From Myxococcota bacterium (GTDB taxonomy: Bacteria > Myxococcota > XYA12-FULL-58-9 > JALHOP01): 64,000 bases of DNA. The notes below the pieces were generated by a model, which ran no database searches, was not told the origin of the DNA, and worked only from the letters and a program-made list of their open reading frames with translations. This document shows, piece after piece, positions 60,039-64,000 of the stretch (the stretch's first letter is position 1; each line of letters begins with the position of its first letter). Position numbers and translations under genes: made by a program. The stretch spans positions 1 to 64,000 of the forward strand of contig JBGGMJ010000089.1 in assembly GCA_041288095.1 (NCBI GenBank). Reading direction: 5' to 3'.

Positions 60039-61367
60039 CTACATCAGGTGCTGCAAGACCGTCGCAATCGCCAACGCACTCCCCGGCCGATTGTTGGGGT
60101 TCCGGTCGAGACAGCGCACGACCATGTTATCCAACGTCTTCGGCACGGCGATCCCCGCCACCGTGCTCGGCGGCCGCGGCGTGTCTTGGATCTGCCGCAC
60201 AATCATCTCGGCCCACCCCGAGGCCTTGAACGGCAGCTGCCCCGTGAGCATCGCGAACATCACCACGCCCAAGCTGTAGATGTCCGTGCGCGCATCCACC
60301 GGCTCTCCCATGAGCTGCTCGGGAGCCATGAACCCCGGCGATCCAACGACCTCACCCGCGACCGTCTGCGGCCTGTCGACTGGTGCCCCGCGGCGCAGCT
60401 TTGCGATGCCGAAGTCGAGCAGCTTCACGAAGTCCGGGGTCCCCGCGAGGTTCACCAGCATGATGTTCTGGAGCTTGAGGTCGCGGTGGACGATGCCCGC
60501 GCGGTGGACGGCGTCGAGCGCGCTGCAAAGCTGCTGGCCGATGACCACAATCCGCGATAGCGGCAACGGCCCCTTGCGCAGGAGCTCTTGGCTCAAGTTT
60601 GGGCCGACCAGAAGCTCCATGACGATGAACGCATGGTCCTCGCCGACGACGAGGTCGGTGATTTGCACGATGTTGTCGTGCGAGATCTGATTCACCAGCC
60701 GCGCTTCATCGTAGAACCGTCGCAAGGCCGCGGGGTCATGCGCGTGCTCGTCTTTCAAGACCTTCACGGCAACCCGACGACCGAGCGCCGTGTGCTGAGC
60801 GAGAAATACCTCGCCCATGCCGCCCGCCCCGATGCGGTCGAGGATCGTATACCGACCCAGCGTGTCGCCCTTCTTCACCGTCCGCGACACTTCCCGCGGC
60901 GGAGGAGGAGGCACGGCTACGGGCGGCGTGCTCGCCTCGAAAGGCGGCGGCGGCGGCGTCTCGCGCGCGGCCATCGGGTTCCGAGGGCGCGAACCGCCCT
61001 GCTGTGTCGACAGCTCCGCGACGTAAGCCTTGAGCTCCGCCTGCAGGCGCGGGTCGATGCCGAGGAAACGCATCCCCATCCCCGGTGGTCGGTTGCGACT
61101 CGACTCGGAGCGCTCGCGCGTCCACACCACCTGCACCCGACTCGTGATCTCGAGCGACGGGCCCAACGTGCTCGGCAACACGATGTCGACATCGACCTCC
61201 GCGCCCGGCCGCAATAGCGGCACGCCGGAGACGAACAGCCCTGTCTCGCTGATGTTGACGGTGCTCCAGCTCGGACGCTGCGCTGCGTTCCGCGGCACCA
61301 CGGGCGCGAGCACCGAACATCTTGGTGCGGCCTTGAGTGAGGCGAAGCGCGTTCCAGTCTCGTCCAC
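60039..61367 (-). CDS. PilZ-domain Ser/Thr protein kinase (copy 2)
   Basis: Same architecture as 35071-36462, with NISETG, GMGMRF, HRDLKLQN, DFG, APE. Confidence 0.9.
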   Translation of the reverse strand: MDETGTRFASLKAAPRCSVLAPVVPRNAAQRPSWSTVNISETGLFVSGVPLLRPGAEVDVDIVLPSTLGPSLEITSRVQVVWTRERSESSRNRPPGMGMRFLGIDPRLQAELKAYVAELSTQQGGSRPRNPMAARETPPPPPFEASTPPVAVPPPPPREVSRTVKKGDTLGRYTILDRIGAGGMGEVFLAQHTALGRRVAVKVLKDEHAHDPAALRRFYDEARLVNQISHDNIVQITDLVVGEDHAFIVMELLVGPNLSQELLRKGPLPLSRIVVIGQQLCSALDAVHRAGIVHRDLKLQNIMLVNLAGTPDFVKLLDFGIAKLRRGAPVDRPQTVAGEVVGSPGFMAPEQLMGEPVDARTDIYSLGVVMFAMLTGQLPFKASGWAEMIVRQIQDTPRPPSTVAGIAVPKTLDNMVVRCLDRNPNNRPGSALAIATVLQHLM

Positions 61368-61499
61368 CGCTTGCTCCCAGCGACTCGATCCGGCGTCGAT
61401 TCATGCCGACACGAGAGATCGTATTCAGTGGCTCCCGCCAACGCAACCCGTCAAAACGGTCGCGACCTGACGGCGCGGCGGGCCTGTCCCGATGGCGCT

Positions 61500-62225
61500 C
61501 TACGATCCCGGAGCACCGTCGCTGAGATAAGCCCCCTCGAAAAGGTGCTCGAGGTCCGCTAGCGCGTCATCGATCGAGAACGTTCCGCCCTCGGTAAACA
61601 GGTCGAGCCGCACCAACGCGTTGGCGTTTGCGTCCTTCGTGGCCGCCGCTCGGATCGCTCGCGCGATGTGCACGTTGACCATGTGAACCGCCCGATAGGT
61701 CTTTTCGAGACCCTTGAGCGACCAATCGGCGTCGAGGCCGCGCCTCGCCCGCATGAGCTGCGCCAGGAGGAACATCGACGCTGCTCGATAGACCGTTTCG
61801 GTACGGTCAGCGAGCGGCAGGTGAAAGCGCACCATGGGGCGGAGCTTGTCCATCACGGGGCAGCCGGAGGTGACCATGTAGATGCCGGTCAACGAGCTCA
61901 AACCCGCCTGCAAGGTCGCATCGGCCTGGTAGGTGCGTTGCGTCGTCGTCACGGTGAGCGCGACCTTGTCGTACGAGACGCGGTCGTCGAACTTCTCGAC
62001 GAGCTCGACCAGGCTCACGGCAACGGGACAGTGCGTGTATCCCTGCCGCGAAAGCGGACAGCTCGGACAGCCCACGGCCTCGAGGCGCGTCCAGTCCGGC
62101 CGCGAGGGCTCGGTTGTCCGCAAGAGCGCCAGCGTCTTCGGGTCGAGGCGCGCGGTGATGCGGGTGACGGCGCCGTCCGTGAACGTAAACGCGTACGCGA
62201 TGGAGATGGGCTCCGCAGTGTCCAT
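61500..62225 (-). CDS. DUF6901-like Cys-containing protein
   Basis: P.WTRL....C..CPL.....CPVA, SGCP.M..LRPMVRFHLP.A...ET.YRA.S..LL.Q, DA..NALV.LD.F. Confidence 0.75.
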   Translation of the reverse strand: MDTAEPISIAYAFTFTDGAVTRITARLDPKTLALLRTTEPSRPDWTRLEAVGCPSCPLSRQGYTHCPVAVSLVELVEKFDDRVSYDKVALTVTTTQRTYQADATLQAGLSSLTGIYMVTSGCPVMDKLRPMVRFHLPLADRTETVYRAASMFLLAQLMRARRGLDADWSLKGLEKTYRAVHMVNVHIARAIRAAATKDANANALVRLDLFTEGGTFSIDDALADLEHLFEGAYLSDGAPGS

Positions 62226-62320
62226 GGGGGGTGGAGCATAGCGGAAATTGGACGTCGCGCACCCGCGATCGACGCCCCCGTGTATGTGTCTTCGGGCCGC
62301 CACCCAGAGGGGAGCTTTCC

Positions 62321-62686
62321 ATGGCTTTTCCAGACGTTAGTGTGCCCGCACAGCGCGCCGCGGGAGTGACGCAGGTGCAGGCGACCAACAACCTTCAGGA
62401 CCCTGTCGCGCAACAGATCATCTCGACCCTACGGACCCTCGACCAACGCATCGAAGGTCGACTCGGCATCGATTGGAACCGCATGAACGAGACGATGTCT
62501 TACAATCCGCAAACGCGGACATTCCTGGTCCGCCCAAAGCCAGGCACCGAGCCGTCGGAATCGCACGCGCTCATCGCGCGCACGCTCGGCCAAAACCTAG
62601 GCATCAACTTCGGGTGGATCTTCTCGCGCGGCGGCCAAGAAGCCACGCGGACGTTCCAGGGCGCGCCGCAGAGTCGCGGAGCCTGA
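62321..62686 (+). CDS. Hypothetical protein, no signal peptide
   Basis: GAGGGGAG RBS before ATG 62321. Confidence 0.65.
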   Translation: MAFPDVSVPAQRAAGVTQVQATNNLQDPVAQQIISTLRTLDQRIEGRLGIDWNRMNETMSYNPQTRTFLVRPKPGTEPSESHALIARTLGQNLGINFGWIFSRGGQEATRTFQGAPQSRGA

Positions 62687-62687
62687 C

Positions 62688-63668
62688 TCAAGCGTCGTCG
62701 TTGATCAGATACCGATGCGCCCTTTCGAAGGGCCAGTAGTACAAGACGTAGGTCGGCTTGTTTTCAGAGTCGTAGTACTGCTCGCAGACGACGCAATCCC
62801 GCGTGAGCTGGCCGACGCGCTTGTTGTAGGCGTCGACCAGCTCCTTGCGTTGCGGCAAGTCGCGGTCGAGCGCGACGATGGCGTCACGGACCGTCAAGGC
62901 GTCTTCTTGAAGCTGGGCGACGGTGTTCCACCCCGAGGGCGCGTTCACCCAGTAGACCGTGGCTTCCGGCATGTACGCGCGGAACGCGTACGAAGCGCGG
63001 AACTGCAGCTCGATCTGCGTCGAGTAGTCGGCGGCGACCCGCGACCAGTCACCGCCGCGCTTGGCGACGAACGCGGCCGGCACCAGCGCCGCGTCGAGGG
63101 TGCGCCGGCGAATCGTCGCCTTGGCCTTGGCATTGCCATTCGTGGACTGAAGGTCGAGGTTGAGGTCGCCCTGCTTCGCCAGGTCCTCGAGCTTGACCTT
63201 GGCCTCGAAGGTCCCGAGGAGGTCGTTGCTCTTGAGCGAGTCGTAGTCGAAGAGCTCGAAGCGCAAGGTCACGGTGCCGGCCGCGACGTCGAGCTGGCTG
63301 TGTGAGAGCGTGAACGGCTGCGGGTCTTTGACGTCCACCCACTGGTTCTTCCCGGCTTTGACCCAGGGCATGCGCGGATAGTCGGCGACGCCGATGAAGA
63401 GCTCGCCCTTGCCGAAGACTTCGCCGACCTTCGTAGCGCTGAAGCCGGTGACCGTTACAGCGTACAGGGCGTGATCGTGGCGGCTGGGATCGGGTTGCGA
63501 AACGATGGCGTTGGTGCGTCCGACGCCGTGTACCCACGACGGTCGGTCTGGACCGATCGAGAGCTTGTCGACAGCCGCGGTCTTGGTCGTCGCGATTTGC
63601 GCGGGGCCCGAGATGATGGGCTTCTCGCCGACGAGGACCTTCGCGGAAGTGCGGGTGACGACGTTCAT
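62688..63668 (-). CDS. C2-domain-like protein, no signal peptide
   Basis: LRFELFDYDSLKSNDLLG..E..V.LEDL matches the acidic Ca-binding loop of C2 domains. GGAG RBS. Confidence 0.65.
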   Translation of the reverse strand: MNVVTRTSAKVLVGEKPIISGPAQIATTKTAAVDKLSIGPDRPSWVHGVGRTNAIVSQPDPSRHDHALYAVTVTGFSATKVGEVFGKGELFIGVADYPRMPWVKAGKNQWVDVKDPQPFTLSHSQLDVAAGTVTLRFELFDYDSLKSNDLLGTFEAKVKLEDLAKQGDLNLDLQSTNGNAKAKATIRRRTLDAALVPAAFVAKRGGDWSRVAADYSTQIELQFRASYAFRAYMPEATVYWVNAPSGWNTVAQLQEDALTVRDAIVALDRDLPQRKELVDAYNKRVGQLTRDCVVCEQYYDSENKPTYVLYYWPFERAHRYLINDDA

Positions 63669-63763
63669 GGCGAGACTCCGGCCCGTGGGGAGGCCGCTAG
63701 AAACAACGGATTGAGTGGAATTTGCCGGCGCTCGTGAAAATGAGGCCGCGGGGAGAGCGGTGC

Positions 63764-63790
63764 TTATCGCGGGTCGTGTCGGTCCGTTGC
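63764..63790 (-). promoter_or_regulatory. Sigma28-like promoter
   Basis: Minus strand GCAA-N15-CGCGATAA, 95 nt before ATG 63668. Confidence 0.55.
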
Positions 63791-63854
63791 GACAATGTGT
63801 CAGGGTTCATCGAGTTCGATTGAGAGCGCCTGGCAAGCTCACTCCTGGTCGACC

Positions 63855-64000
63855 TCAGAGCTGCTCAGCGCCGTCGAACACCACCATCTGCCCGATCATC
63901 GACGCGTGCTGGGCATCGACCCAGGCGCTCGAGCGCGGCACGTTCGAGATGCGCAGCTCGTCCATATCGCCGGCGAAGAGGTCGTCAGTCACCCAGTTGG
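63855..64000 (-). CDS. 3' end of a LamG/concanavalin-like domain protein (partial)
   Basis: Own translation: NWVTDDLFAGDMDELRISNVPRSSAWVDAQHASMIGQMVVFDGAEQL*, which carries the F.G.+DE+RIS..RS..W motif. Confidence 0.7.
   Translation of the reverse strand, partial: NWVTDDLFAGDMDELRISNVPRSSAWVDAQHASMIGQMVVFDGAEQL

Overview
GC-rich, gene-dense 64 kb window. Its gene content (PilZ-fused Ser/Thr kinases, an FHA/TPR kinase operon, a DUF1592-DUF1552 pair, Cys-rich lipoproteins, STAS/HATPase signalling) points to a Myxococcota-like deltaproteobacterium, which is an inference. About 58 CDSs can be supported. I saw no rRNA, tRNA, CRISPR array or transposase. Recognisable genes: phaC, a CoA-transferase, a phasin-like gene and phaR with two PhaR boxes, betA, rnhA, an RpoD-like sigma paralog, a GH3 glucosidase, a desaturase, a GST, an EAL phosphodiesterase and an RRM protein. 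Most interesting signals: (1) a recurring sigma28-like promoter, GCAA-N15-nnCGATAW, in front of scattered signal-peptide-less genes, several with low-complexity N-termini and effector-like cargo (C2 domain, catalase-like fold, beta-propeller followed by an EF-hand/lethal-factor-type protease), suggesting a type III/flagellar-type effector regulon; (2) a 1570-aa PilZ-TPR-coiled-coil-HATPase protein facing a tail-anchored STAS/Zn-ribbon protein and an output-less double sensor-HAMP receptor; (3) a phaR-phasin-CoA-transferase-phaC cluster with no phaAB in the window; (4) a duplicated PilZ-kinase gene that kept its promoter; (5) a second shared 5' motif on two orphan genes 61 kb apart; (6) many apparently leaderless genes. 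All family calls come from reading motifs by eye, and no database search was run.
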